DNA of 60,395 nucleotides, the filler included, from Sluysia triapertura (Eukaryota): assembly GCA_046118255.1 (NCBI GenBank). It is 5 parts of 5 records of this genome, joined end to end, with 100 filler letters (N's around TTAATTAATTAA, not from the genome) between each part and the next. Parts side by side here need not be neighbours in the genome. Positions count along the whole stretch, not along the records: positions 1 to 11,320 come from JBJNIA010186023.1; 4 more parts are not named here. One strand, 5' to 3'. The translations under genes were made by a program, and so were the position numbers. Position 1 is the first letter of the stretch, and the number at the start of each line of letters is the position of its first letter. Below are positions 1-11,420 of this stretch, in pieces. The notes under the pieces were generated by a model. It saw only the letters and a program-made list of their open reading frames with translations, was not told where the DNA came from and made no database searches.

Positions 1-223
1 TACAAAACAGAAAATACAACTCGGTGATATGAGACGTCCTTGAAAATAATACAAATGAATCAAATCAAAATGACTAGATCTCAAAACTAGCGATAACATT
101 TATAACAATATCAGTAAAACAATATTCTATCCAAGGTAACCAGAGGTGACGAAAAAAGATCAATATCTTAAAAGAGTCAAAATAATAATAGTTAAGTATT
201 TTTGAATAATTTTATCTTAACTT

Positions 224-414
224 AATAGTAGTTAATGTTATAAAATAATTTGGGCAGGGATTCTACCAAAAATCAGTTTATCAATACTTAAAAATTAAAA
301 TAATAATGTTTTTTAAATACTTTAAATTAATTCTACTCTAATCTAATAGTAGTTGATATTACAAAACAATTTTGGCAGGGATCCTCCCAAAAATAAGTTT
401 ATCAATAACTAAAA
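224..414. repeat. Imperfect direct duplication (~70-bp core, ~120-bp period)
   Basis: aatagtagttaatgttataaaataatttgggcagggattctaccaaaaatcagtttatcaata at ~224 recurs as aatagtagttgatattacaaaacaattttggcagggatcctcccaaaaataagtttatcaata at ~345. Confidence 0.8.
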
Positions 415-479
415 TAAATTAAAAATTCCCCAGAAAAATTTTATTTTGCCAAAAATAATGAAAATAAAATAACAAACAA

Positions 480-946
480 ATATGATTAAAGTTTTTAAGG
501 CATTCAAGAGGCTCTAGATGTTTTCACCTTCACATTAATTATTACTATACTAGATTTATTCTTAACACTAATAACATTCATTTTATTTCTCAAATATTTT
601 ATAAGATATTCAAAGATCTTAGATGCTCATCAAGGTTTCAAAAATACTTAAAGGTTAATAAAATCTCAGATGATCTCAAGGTTCACAAGCTGAAAAGTAC
701 TCTAATTCTTCAAAGGTTTTTCAAGTCCATTTCAAGCTTTCCTGATGTATCAACACCTTATATAGGTCTTGGGAACTCTAAGGTATTCTTCAGTTATCAA
801 CCTCACTATAGATTTTTTCGTCTTCATAATTTTTACTCCAACAATATTTTATTATTCCTATTCTATTTTGTATATATTCTTCATATATTTGTAATTTTCG
901 AGCGTTTCCCATCCATCTTCTGTTCCACCCCATGGCAGTACCAATG
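480..946 (-). mobile_element. Dispersed repeat family B, copy 1 (probable LTR fragment)
   Basis: Colinear similarity to 19100-19576 (aaggcattcaagaggctctagatgttttcacc vs aaggtactcagggattctagatgtttcact; ggtcttgggaactc vs ggtctttggaactc; ggcagtaccaa vs ggcaatcccaa). Minus-strand TATA-like cctatataagg at 756-766. Boundaries approximate. Confidence 0.55.
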
Positions 947-3779
947 TAAATTTTTATTACACTTAAGGATAATTTAAAAGTAATAATAAAGAATTATCAA
1001 ATCGAACTAATAATTAATTTAAGAAATATCAGATATTTTGACAATTTTAAAACACATAAAGATATTATATTTGACGTTTTAGATTCAAGTTTAATGATTC
1101 AGTTTTAGATATAAAGCTAGATATTTCAAGAGTTGATACATCTACAGACTATTGAGATATTGACAACTTTACTATTAGTGATTTTTTTCCAATTCTAATA
1201 AAGGCACTTTGTTAATTTTACTTGGCTTAATAATGTTTAATTGTAAGTTTTAATGAAATTACAAAGTATTTATGTTATGATTTGAGTTAACCAGCATATT
1301 TTGTAAAGCAGTCGAATATCGTAAGCTATATTTTAATAACTACATTTTTGTTAAAGACCTTAAGTCGTTTTCTTCATTCTGTAAGCGCCTTAAGCGTCAT
1401 CTTGACTATGTTATTGATGATTTTAAAATCATGTATTTTACTTTAAGTAAATTGAGTCACGATTTAATTATTTAAAATTTCCAATTTTAAAGTTATTTAT
1501 TTTAATACTTCTTTAAAATTTTTATTTTCTTCATTAGATGGCACCTCACAAACTTAACGTTTACCTTGTTCTTAATTATTTCTACTGCCTGAGTTATTTC
1601 TACTTGTATTTTTATTAGAAACCAACTTTATTTTATTGCCCTATACTAATTAAACTGTTTTTTGGTGTCGTAACATCTTATTTTATTACTCTATGGATAC
1701 AACTTATAATTGTTATTATGTATTGCCCGAAAAATTGCCAAATTTAGCAATATTTTGATTATCAGAAAACCTATTAGATTGTAGTGTAATTCTTGCCCTA
1801 CTTTCTTTATTTGAAGCTTTTTGTATTATTTCATCTAAAACTACCTTACAAAATTAATAGATTCTTTGTCCGTCTATGATCAACAATTTATGTTCCTAGG
1901 AAAGACGTTGCTAAAGGATTTTTGTTATATATTACTACTACTTTAAAGAAAAATTAACTAATCATGCATTTTTGTATTATTTTAAATCTGAGGATATTTG
2001 TGCTATCAACAATGGAATTCAATTTCAGGTAATTCATATAATTCTTTTATAATCTTTGCCAACTTTCTTTCAATAACCAATCAGTTAATACAATAAAAAT
2101 ATGTGCACATGTGACTAGTAAATAATTAATTATTAAGATTACTTTTAACAAATTCGAGATTTTAATACTAGTTTTTTATAGTAGTAAAAATTTACAAAAA
2201 ATCCTAACAAAATATAACTTACAATTGCAATAACAGATACAACTTTGAAGTAAAATCAATTTTCATCTATGACTGGATGAGAATCTGAATATCTTATTGA
2301 TAGTTAATAAGTCAATGGTAACGAATACCAACAATAAATATCAATATTAAGTATCAAAGGTAACTGCCACAAAATGGACCAATTCTAAATACCAGTGATA
2401 CATGCCGAAGGAAAATATCAATAATGAATGCCAGTTATAAATAATGTATTTATTTTTCTTTATTCTTGTTGCTGGATAAGGGTGGACCTGAGGGTCAAGA
2501 CTAAGGATAACATTGTTAAAGAATTAAGATGAGACATTAAGAAGAAATAAAATGGTAGGATAAGTATATAAAATATTTAAATCGAAATAAAATAATGAGA
2601 AATACGAAGAAATAACACTTTACAGGGTTGTATTTGTTAAAATATTAAAGTACATTTCTTAATTAACTTAATTAAAATTGGACTAATTTCATAATTCAAT
2701 AAAAATGTTTGCTCATGATATAATGATATTAAATCTAGTGTATAATGTTGAGTTTAATTATTGGTTTTAATGATGAAGTATTGCGAAGCACGTTAAAGTA
2801 AATAACGTAAAAATTAGTTATTTTAATTACTTTTTATAATTTAAAATTAAAGTTAAATATATTCCGATGTCTAAGTATTAATAAAGTATATATCAAATTA
2901 ATACTTACAGAGAGACTAATTCAAATATGTTATTGAACTTATTTTGCAAAAATTCCTGTGAGAAAAATTTATTATTCCATTAATTTTCTCTTTAAATTAA
3001 GTTGACGAATTACATTAATAATATAATAACAATAAAATAATGATTATAAATTTTAATTAGGTGATATTCAAAGTCTAAGGGGATTGTTTACGACAAATCC
3101 CTTTATCTTTGGATAATTAAAATGATAATAAAATTGAACATAAACTGAAATTGCTGTCGAAATTTAATCAGCGAAACTGGTCGGCTTATTGCCGACTTAT
3201 TCAATTTCTGATTTTTAATTTCACTAATTATCATAAAACAGCTATACAAACAGTTACATTTTTGCAATAGAAGTAGGGTTAAAAGAAATCAAACTTTTTA
3301 ACTGTAAGGAAGCTGCTTTAGTTCATCAGTGGATAACGGTGAAAATAAAGTTATTTCTTTAGCAATCGATTTTTAGAACAAGGGTTAATAATATATTTCT
3401 CACTGCTTATATTTTGCAATAATATTGGTGCTAAAATTTAAGTAAGTTGTGTCAACCCTAGTTGTGATTTGTCTTTAAAGAATAAGTTACATTTTTAGAA
3501 AGAGCTATTTGTATTGCCATTTTATAAAGAATAATTTATATATTTCAGTTGTAATATAAAGAATATAAAGAATATATCGAGATTTTGAATTTATTTAGTT
3601 ATTGAGTTTTAATTTAATCATTTGGGAAAATAAAAATACCAAAAGGTACAACATAAATTTTGTTTCCCCCAGTAAAGGTTTTAATCAAAGAATAAGATTA
3701 TAATTTCAGATTTAATATTATATGACAAAAACAAAAGAAAATGAGAAATTAATAATAAGCCAGCACGATCTTTTGTACT

Positions 3780-4520
3780 CTAACTGAAATCTTTCGATGA
3801 AATCAAGATGTACTTTAAGGTTGGGATGAAGAAGCTCAGTGCAGCGCTTTTCGTTCCATTTAAAAGGAAAATCTGTAGAAGCTTATTTAAACGAGAATAA
3901 AAATGCATGGCAAAATTTAATTAGTGACTTTCGAAACAAATAGTCGCCTAAATATCTTAAATTCGTTAATTTTAAAACCTTTTGAAACAGGATACAAGGT
4001 AGCAAGGAAACAGTTACACAATTTTTATTCGATTTTAAACAATTAGCAAATAAGGCGTCCTTAAGTTTTACACATGAACAAAAAATCGAATTAATTACTG
4101 AAAAATTTATATATGAGTGTAAGGAACCAATAGGAACACAGCTTTAATGCTAGACCTAACTAATTTAGATGATTTTATACAAAAATTCTCTAATATAGAA
4201 AGTAGAACGGGAATTACACACCAGTACAATGTGATTAACATTGAACCCATAATTCGTACCAATGACAAATGAATAAATCTTCGAATAATCAAAATAATTT
4301 CAAATACAATAGTCCCTAGAATGATGTAGGTTTTTATAATGATAGAAATAAAATGTATAACAATAATAATATAAGGAGTTTTAGACAGGTACACCATTTA
4401 ATAGATATAATAGAAGAAATACGTGTAATAGAGCAATACAACAAAATAGAGTACGATTTACAAATGAACCATGTGAAATTTGCAAGAAAACATGTATAAT
4501 TATTGGTATCGAAATTCATA
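3780..4520 (+). pseudogene. gag: Retrotransposon gag (capsid) remnant with possible degenerate zinc knuckle
   Basis: GWDEEAQCSAF / HLKGKSVEAYLNENKNAWQNLISDFRNK and IQGSKETVTQFLFDFKQLANKA fit the Ty3-type capsid pattern (W..., LxGxA, W..L...F, Q...E.V..F...L..LA); EPCEICKK near 4467. Confidence 0.7.
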
Positions 4521-4887
4521 AGATAATTATTATAGAAGCAGAAGTAATTCGGAAAATAGAAATAAACGAAAGCGTAGTAAAAGTCCAATTTCTCAAGTAT
4601 TATGTAATCAAGTTGATTCATTTAATATTACTAAATCAATTAATACTGAACATAAAAATATAAGAAATATTTAAATATATTACCAATAGATGATATTAGT
4701 AATAGTGATGAAATAATAGAATTTTTACAAGATAATATGAATTTTCGTAAACCATATTGTTTGCAATCAAAAAGATTAATTAAAGAAGTAGGACATTATT
4801 AGCAAAATAAAAATAATAAAATTATACTCTCATATGTAGATAGTAAACAAGCATTACTAGTGCCGATGACTACTACAGGTAAATATT

Positions 4888-5018
4888 TAATGTCATTAAC
4901 TCACATGTTCTTTAATATATTAGACGATATATATTAAATATTAATATTTAATGTTTAATATTTATATATTAATATTTAATGTCATTAACTCACATGTTCT
5001 TTAATATATTAGACGATA
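4888..5018. repeat. ~42-bp direct duplication
   Basis: taatgtcattaactcacatgttctttaatatattagacgata occurs at ~4888 and ~4977. Confidence 0.85.
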
Positions 5019-5156
5019 AAAATTATAATATTAATAGAGATGAATATATTGTTGATTAAAACGGTTAGTAATAAAGATAGTTCAACAGGTAATATTAATG
5101 ATATTGATGAAGACATTAGTATTGTTAAAATTGAGAATAAAATTAAGAATAATTTA

Positions 5157-5206
<50 letters not shown>

Positions 5207-5222
5207 TGATGATGATGATGAT
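5157..5222. repeat. (AAT)n(GAT)n microsatellite in the gag-env linker (poly-Asn/Asp)
   Basis: Direct reading; gives the N/D run in ORF 5040-5327. Confidence 0.95.
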
Positions 5223-5354
5223 AAGGAAGATAATGAGAAAGATGATACTGTTATTGATAATGCTAATGTTTATGATAATAATAGGTATATAAATAAAAAG
5301 TTGAACGCGGAACCAACCCTGATATAAAATGAATTTAATAATAATAATTTAAAA

Positions 5355-7094
5355 ATGTTGGTACAATTTAGGACAATAATCAAAATAATTTTAGGATTAC
5401 AAATTGCACAATCTATTAAGACATTTAATTGCGAAAATACAACAAATTTTCGTTAATGGGCGTAGAAAAATTTATTAAACAATGTGATCAAATTTATCAT
5501 ACTTATCAAGGGAGAGGATATATTTATACAAAAGCATGTGAATGTGCAGTATATAGGAAGAGATTAATTAGATGGTGCCGGACATAATATTCATACTTTA
5601 TTGATTAAGTATCAACAGTGGAATAGTCTCTTGAAGTCACGCCAGAAAATGTTGTAATGTGATACAAAAATATCATACAAGAAGAAATATTCGTAGTAGA
5701 AAGTCTAGCTTACGATGATACTTGCGAATATGGAGAATTTTGACACAAAGGAAATAATATTCGACAAGCGTTACTTATCGATACATGTATTATTGAAATT
5801 AAAAACACTGAAATAGCTTTCGATCCAGATACAAAGACAATGTTAAAAATAACTTTTTATAAATTAAAATAAAAATCTTAATTTTATGGCAAATGTACAA
5901 TTGTTTATGATTTAGAAAATCGTGAATGTGTTTAGTCTATTTAAAAACAGTTAATTTTGATACAATTAAATGTAATATATTTCATCTACTCATGAATAAT
6001 GTAAAAAATATAAAATATAAGGAAGAAACCTTAGTAGATACAACTACTCCAGTTGTATTAATTTCTAACAGAACTGATGATGCAATCCGATTAATAAGTT
6101 CAAAAAAGTTTATAATACAATTATAAAATATTTGTCACAATCTAATTTTAATCTATTACATAAAGATGATAATTTTGTAACTTACTTTAATAATAAAGCA
6201 AACTTTCTTTATCATCATCATTAAAGACAACTAGAAGATCCTTACAGAGAAATGATCATAAATGACTTTAAATTAAATCGCGAAATATTGCGTACAAAAA
6301 TGGCAACTCCAGTTATTTCGTTAGGTAAAGGATTATTCAGTAGAATAATGGGTGAGTTATTACAAATATTTACATGTAAGCAAGTTAATGTTTACAATAA
6401 TCGCACTAATGAATGTACGCATGAACTACCGGTCATTTAAAAATTAAATACTCACCTTTATTTTCTCCAGCATACAAATTGTCAGAGACAACGTGGCTTG
6501 TAGCTCCATCATTGACACCAATACTACCACCAAGAAACCTAGAAATTACAAACATAGAAAATAATATATATTTCTTGATCGAATTCAAAATTTAATGAAA
6601 AGTCGTCCATGTGATAAAAAGCTATGGATGATGCTAGAAAATATTTATTATTCCCACAAACTGGTGATAGAATTTTAACTGAAATAGTACAAACGTTTAC
6701 AGGAGAAACTAATGATAAACCGAACTATGAAAGATTGTTGTTAGAGGATCATTTCGAAAGAGCAGCAAAAGGAGCACTGAAAATTATATGAGGAAAAATT
6801 TTAATATTTGGTCAAACAACGGCTGGTTTCATGGGTGTAAATTATATAATTGTTATTATAAAATTATTCTTTCAACAGGTATTATCTACTTATAAATTAT
6901 ATAAAATAATTGGTTTTATTTTGAAACTCATCTTAGGGATTATTTCTTAGGTTTCAAAGGGTTAACATGAAAGGCTTTCTAGGTTCGAAGAACACCTTAA
7001 TAATAAAACAAATGACAATAATGTGGAAACTGAAAATATTGAATTACATAATGAAAAGAAGAAAAAGCCTAAAATTTATCCAAGGATTACATAA
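5355..7094 (+). pseudogene. env: Envelope-like glycoprotein of the chuvirus-glycoprotein (herpes gB-like, class III) type
   Basis: Ordered motifs: signal-like MLVQFRTIIKIILGLQIAQS then IKTFNCEN; KACECAVYRKRLIRWC (5531-5578); DTCEYGEF; FVTYFNNKANFLYHHH (~6174-6221); LNREILRTKMA..LGKGLFSRIMGELLQIFTCKQV..ECTHELPV (ORF 6252-6440); RKYLLFP; LLLEDHF..(W>stop)GKILIFGQTTAGFMG plus a hydrophobic TM segment (6790-6960). The order matches my recollection of the chuviral G consensus (AYDC..CK..R...CG..NSKF.Y..GE..I.KC..V..C..ELPV..FP..WG.F..FG...AG). Confidence 0.8.
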
Positions 7095-7192
7095 GCATTG
7101 TATAATGATAAATACAATTACATAAATACCATTATAGGCCAAGACAATGCACCTTTCGTAATATTATATTACATCGACTTCGAAATCGCTAA

Positions 7193-7480
7193 AATCCCAT
7201 TGTATCTATACAAATAAATGATAAATGGAAGATTGCGTTGATTGACACGGGATCATTATCAACACTAATCGATATAGTGAACTCAAGCATTCTCAGAAAA
7301 ATCAGTTAAATCAACTGTTATTAAATTATTAGTTATGGCAGGCCAATCAATTGAAACGGTAGGTATAATAACATGTAAATTGTTAATTATGAACAAGTTA
7401 TTGAGCAACAATTTTTAGTAGCTAAGAACTTACCTTATCCTTTATTGTAGGTATGAATACATTAAGTAAATTTAAAAAAG
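7193..7480 (+). pseudogene. Retroviral-type aspartic protease
   Basis: NPIVSIQINDKWKIALIDTGSLSTLI (DTG at 7244-7252); MAGQSIETVG; FLVAKNLPYP..VGMNTL. Confidence 0.9.
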
Positions 7481-7899
7481 TATTATTTGATCCTTCATTA
7501 AATAAATTAGTTACCAAAAATAACTTACAGTAGGTAATATATGTGTATTTATGTAAGTAGATACATTAGTTCCAAGATGGTCCAAAATAATAGTACCTAT
7601 AAATACAACAGCTCAAGAAAATCAAGATTTATTATTTGAACCAAATGATTGATTAACAAATTTATATTTTCTAACTGTATCACGCGAAATAGGACATCCA
7701 AGATGAGGAAAAATACAATTACGAATGGTTAATTACTCTAATAATAATGTGTTATTACATAAAGGTATATGATTAGGTACATTCGTTAATATAAATGTAG
7801 AAAAATTGATACAAAACACAAAAATTAATGAAATAACTAATACTATTCCACCAGAACATTTATCGACTAAACAACAAGAAGGATTCAGAAGCTTTTTAG

Positions 7900-8760
7900 T
7901 AAATTCGTAAATATATTTTCCAGAAATGAATCGGAATTAGGTAAAACGGATGTAGTTAAACACTATATTCCGTTAGATAATGATACACCAATTAAGCGAA
8001 AACCTTAAAGATTAGTCTATTCTCAACGAGACCAGGTTCAAAATCAAGTTAATGAGATGAAAGACAATAATATGATACAGAATAGTTTCTCTCCTTTAGC
8101 GTCACTTACATTGATGGTTAAGAAAAAAGATGGTAAATTTAGATTTTTTGTAGATCATAGACAACTAAACGCCGTCACGAAAAATATACTTTTCCATTAC
8201 CACGAATAGATAAAATGTTAGGTAGGTTAAACAATTCTGAATAAAGTGGTTACTGGCAAATAGAAATTGCTGAAAAAGACTAACAAAAAACTGATAAAGG
8301 GCTATATGAGTTTAATGTGCTTTCATTTGGTTTAACAGGAGGACCAGCTACATTTCAATGGATGTGTCTCATGCTATGTTATATATTTATGACATATTTA
8401 TGTATTCAAAGACATATGAAGAACACCAGTCAAGTATTGCAACGATTGGATTTTGAAGGATTAAATTATCTAAATGTGAATGGGCAAAATCTGATATCAT
8501 ATAGTATCAACTAAAGGGATTCAACCAAATCCTTTTAATGTACAAAAATAAAAGATTTTCAAACCCCTAATAAAGTAAAACTATTACAAAGAATTAGCAG
8601 GATAATATAGAAAATTTATCGAAAACTTTGCAAAAATTTCAGCACTCCTACATTTATTAATTAAAAAGGATTCAAACTTTATTTGGAGAAAGAAATAACA
8701 AGAAGCATTTGACATTCTTAAAGCAAAGTTAACATTTGACCCTATTTTAAGATTTGCAGA
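7900..8760 (+). pseudogene. pol: Reverse transcriptase (Ty3/Gypsy)
   Basis: ELGKTDVVKHYI, SPLASLTLMVKKKDGKFRFFVDHRQLNAVT, FPLPRID, SGYWQI, GLYEFNVLSFGLTGGPATFQ; catalytic YxDD mutated to YIYD at 8382-8393. Confidence 0.95.
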
Positions 8761-8761
8761 T

Positions 8762-9001
8762 ATGAATTTATCATTTATTATTGTGACGGACACTCGTGGT
8801 TATGCTATTGGAGCAGTATTAAGACAAAAAGAAAAGGAAAATGAAAAAGATCATGTTATTGCTTATGTCAGTAGAACAATTAAACCACATGAAATTAATT
8901 ATTTAGTTACTGAAAAAGAAGATTTAGCAATTTTTTTGAGGTTAAACAATTCCATCATTATATTTGGTCAAGGAAAATATATTTATTTACTGACACATTA
9001 G
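8762..9001 (+). pseudogene. RNase H (Ty3/Gypsy)
   Basis: FIIVTDTRGYAIGAVLRQ...VIAYVSRTIKPHEINYLVTEKEDLAI. Confidence 0.95.
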
Positions 9002-9570
9002 TATTTTATTAAATGGCCTGAAGCAAAAGCGATGCCTGATCAAAGAGCTGCAACAACAGCAAAAATTTTTATAGAGAAATTATTTTTATATATAGTCCAC
9101 CTAGAAAATTAATTACTGATCAAGGCACTAATTCTACTAGCAAAATAATGAAGAAGTATATAACTTCTTCCACATTAATAAGACAAAAATACCTTCTTAC
9201 CATCCACAAAGCGATGGTTTCGTTGAAAAATTTAATCATATCTTAATACAAATGCTATCTGCATAGACTAATGATCACCAAAACGATTGGGATGAATTTA
9301 TTGCACCTTGCTTATTTGCATGCCTCAATGTAGTACATGAAGCTACTAAAGAATCACCATTTTATTTAATGCATCTTCGAGAAACCAGATTACCTTTGGA
9401 TTTATCATTGATACCCGATTCATCAAAATATTTAGAAGAAAATAATTATTTACAAATAATGAAAGAAAGAATGAAAGAAGTATGGACAAGAGCTAAATTG
9501 AATTCGAACCTGATAGTAAGATTAATCCAATAGAATTTAAAAGGGGATTTAATATTATTATATACCCCAT
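9002..9570 (+). pseudogene. Integrase core and C-terminus (HHCC region deleted)
   Basis: YFIKWPEAKAMPDQRAATTAKIF, LITDQGTN, PSYHPQSDGFVEKFNHILIQML, DWDEFIAPCLFA..VHEATKESPFYLM, GDLILLYTP. Confidence 0.92.
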
Positions 9571-10879
9571 TACATAAAAAATGATTGTTTGTTGGTGTAA
9601 TTGAGTTTTGAGTTGTTAAGTTTCGATTGTTGATATGATTTAATTATTGTTTTTTGAATCCCTTTAGATTGTAAGGTTGAACTCATCACAGATATAATGC
9701 GCAACACGTCATCGGCGTGTTACAAGTCAATTTCAAAAAAGGGTCCAAAATTATCTCTTAGTGTTCCTTAAATTCATACGTACTTTAATTACAGTGATTA
9801 TTATGACAGATGAATTTAATTTTAACAAGAAAATTAATTACAACGAATTCTTTTTTCGTTATACGTGTCGATGTGTTCCGAATAATTTCACTGTGCAGAA
9901 CACTGGTAAATTTTATTCCCTTACAAGTTACTTTCTCGAGTGTTAACACCATATACAAAGTTATTGAGTTAAAATGATTTTCAAATGATTTTAATTAAAT
10001 TAATTAATAAATGTACTTTTATAATTTTGATATGTAAAACTTTAAGGAAGATTTTCTCTTCTCTTCATTCTTTTTTAATTTAAACATCTCATTTAACTAT
10101 CACAAATATACACTTAACTAATTAAGAACTATAATTTATCATTACCTTTATTTTACATTTAGCTATTATCCATTTCTTTCTCACTTTTCTTTATATTACA
10201 ATTTATGAATACCCTTTCTTAGACCTCATTTTTCAACAATTCCAACATATCTTAGTTCGTCAAAGGTACTTGTCGAATTAAATAAATTAAAACATCAAAA
10301 TTACTTAATCCTGAAATAATCTAAATAAAATTCCACATTAAAATGAGTCCTCTGCTTACACAAATAGTTTTTATAATTCTTAAGAGCTAAGGTGTATAAA
10401 AATATTTGATTTTAAACCTATATGTGTTGTGTTGTTGAATTTACAAATGAAATCACCTGAGATTTGGATCTAAAATTAAATTAATAATACAAATTAAATT
10501 AAAAATAAAAAAGTAATAAAAGTGCATTTTGTAAAATAACTTTGGATTATAATGATATTTTTGGAAAATTTATCCAGTGAATTAAAACTGTTACTAATGG
10601 AAACATTGAAGTCTTGCGATTTAAATAATTAAATAATTAAAGAAAATAATAATATGTTGCGATTTAGATAATGAAAAAAATTGTTATTTTAATTAATTTT
10701 AAAAATGTTAACATATAATCAAATAAACTAGAAACATATGTTAGAATGAATCCTTGTGAAGGAACGATTATGAGTCTAGTATTTAACGTTGCGTTGATGT
10801 ATTAAGCATTATAAATGATTTTAATGAGTTAAAAATTATTAAAATTAGAGGAAATCATATCCTACATTAAGTTGATAAT

Positions 10880-11220
10880 TATATATTCTAAATTCTAAAT
10901 GGGTCAAATTCAAATGGATCCGTAAATTGAAATTTGCCATATTTTTTCTTAACCATTACTATGGATGATATCCAAGAAGTAAGCTAATTTTTAAAACATT
11001 ATTATTTTTCATCTGTTTAATTTGTTTTGAACTTCTTTGCTCAAAGCCTATCGATATCTGTATGACTTTTGTTTAATTGATATGTTGTTTTCTAAGGTTA
11101 TATAATGTTAAATAGTATCGGCTTCACTTTTGTCAAATATTTTTATGAATTTACTCAAATGTTTCAAGTCTTCCTGTTCTTTGCTTAATGAATGTTCTAA
11201 TCTAATAATATTTGCCATTT
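10880..11220 (-). pseudogene. Second Ty3/Gypsy pol fragment (RT N-terminus), related to 7860-8150
   Basis: Minus strand reads HYITLENNISIKQKSYR..QIKQMKNNNVL..SWISSIVMVKKKYGKFQF. Confidence 0.75.
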
Positions 11221-11255
11221 TATTCATTTTCCATTTTGTATAAAATTTATAAACT

Positions 11256-11256
<1 letters not shown>

Positions 11257-11318
<62 letters not shown>
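11257..11318. repeat. (AAT)n microsatellite at segment end
   Basis: Direct reading. Confidence 0.95.
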
Positions 11319-11320
11319 TT

Positions 11321-11420
11321 NNNNNNNNNNNNNNNNNNNNNNNNNNNNNNNNNNNNNNNNNNNNTTAATTAATTAANNNNNNNNNNNNNNNNNNNNNNNN
11401 NNNNNNNNNNNNNNNNNNNN
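11321..11420. other. Artificial contig linker N44-TTAATTAATTAA-N44
   Basis: Exact 100-bp spacer with stops in all six frames; same spacer occurs four times in the window. Confidence 0.98.

Larger units (their letters stand above)
3720..9590 (+). mobile_element. Decayed Ty3/Gypsy LTR retrotransposon with domain order gag - env-like glycoprotein - protease - RT - RNase H - integrase
   Basis: All domains on + strand, broken by stops and frameshifts. RT-RH-IN order and motifs are Ty3/Gypsy type. No paired LTRs found; 3' end truncated near 9590. Confidence 0.9.

Noticed and set aside
3050-3720. Candidate 5' LTR/PBS of the env-bearing Gypsy
   Set aside because: No matching 3' copy, no clear TG..CA ends or tRNA-complementary PBS, and no convincing alignment to LTR families A or B
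4107-4621. Two ~95-aa minus-strand ORFs
   Set aside because: Antisense to the gag remnant; no motifs
6789-6791. TGA at conserved Trp positions in env, Tc1 and mariner remnants, suggesting TGA=Trp recoding
   Set aside because: Rac terminates at TGA and B56/GPCR use TGG for Trp. The TE copies carry many other stops and frameshifts, so this is G>A decay.
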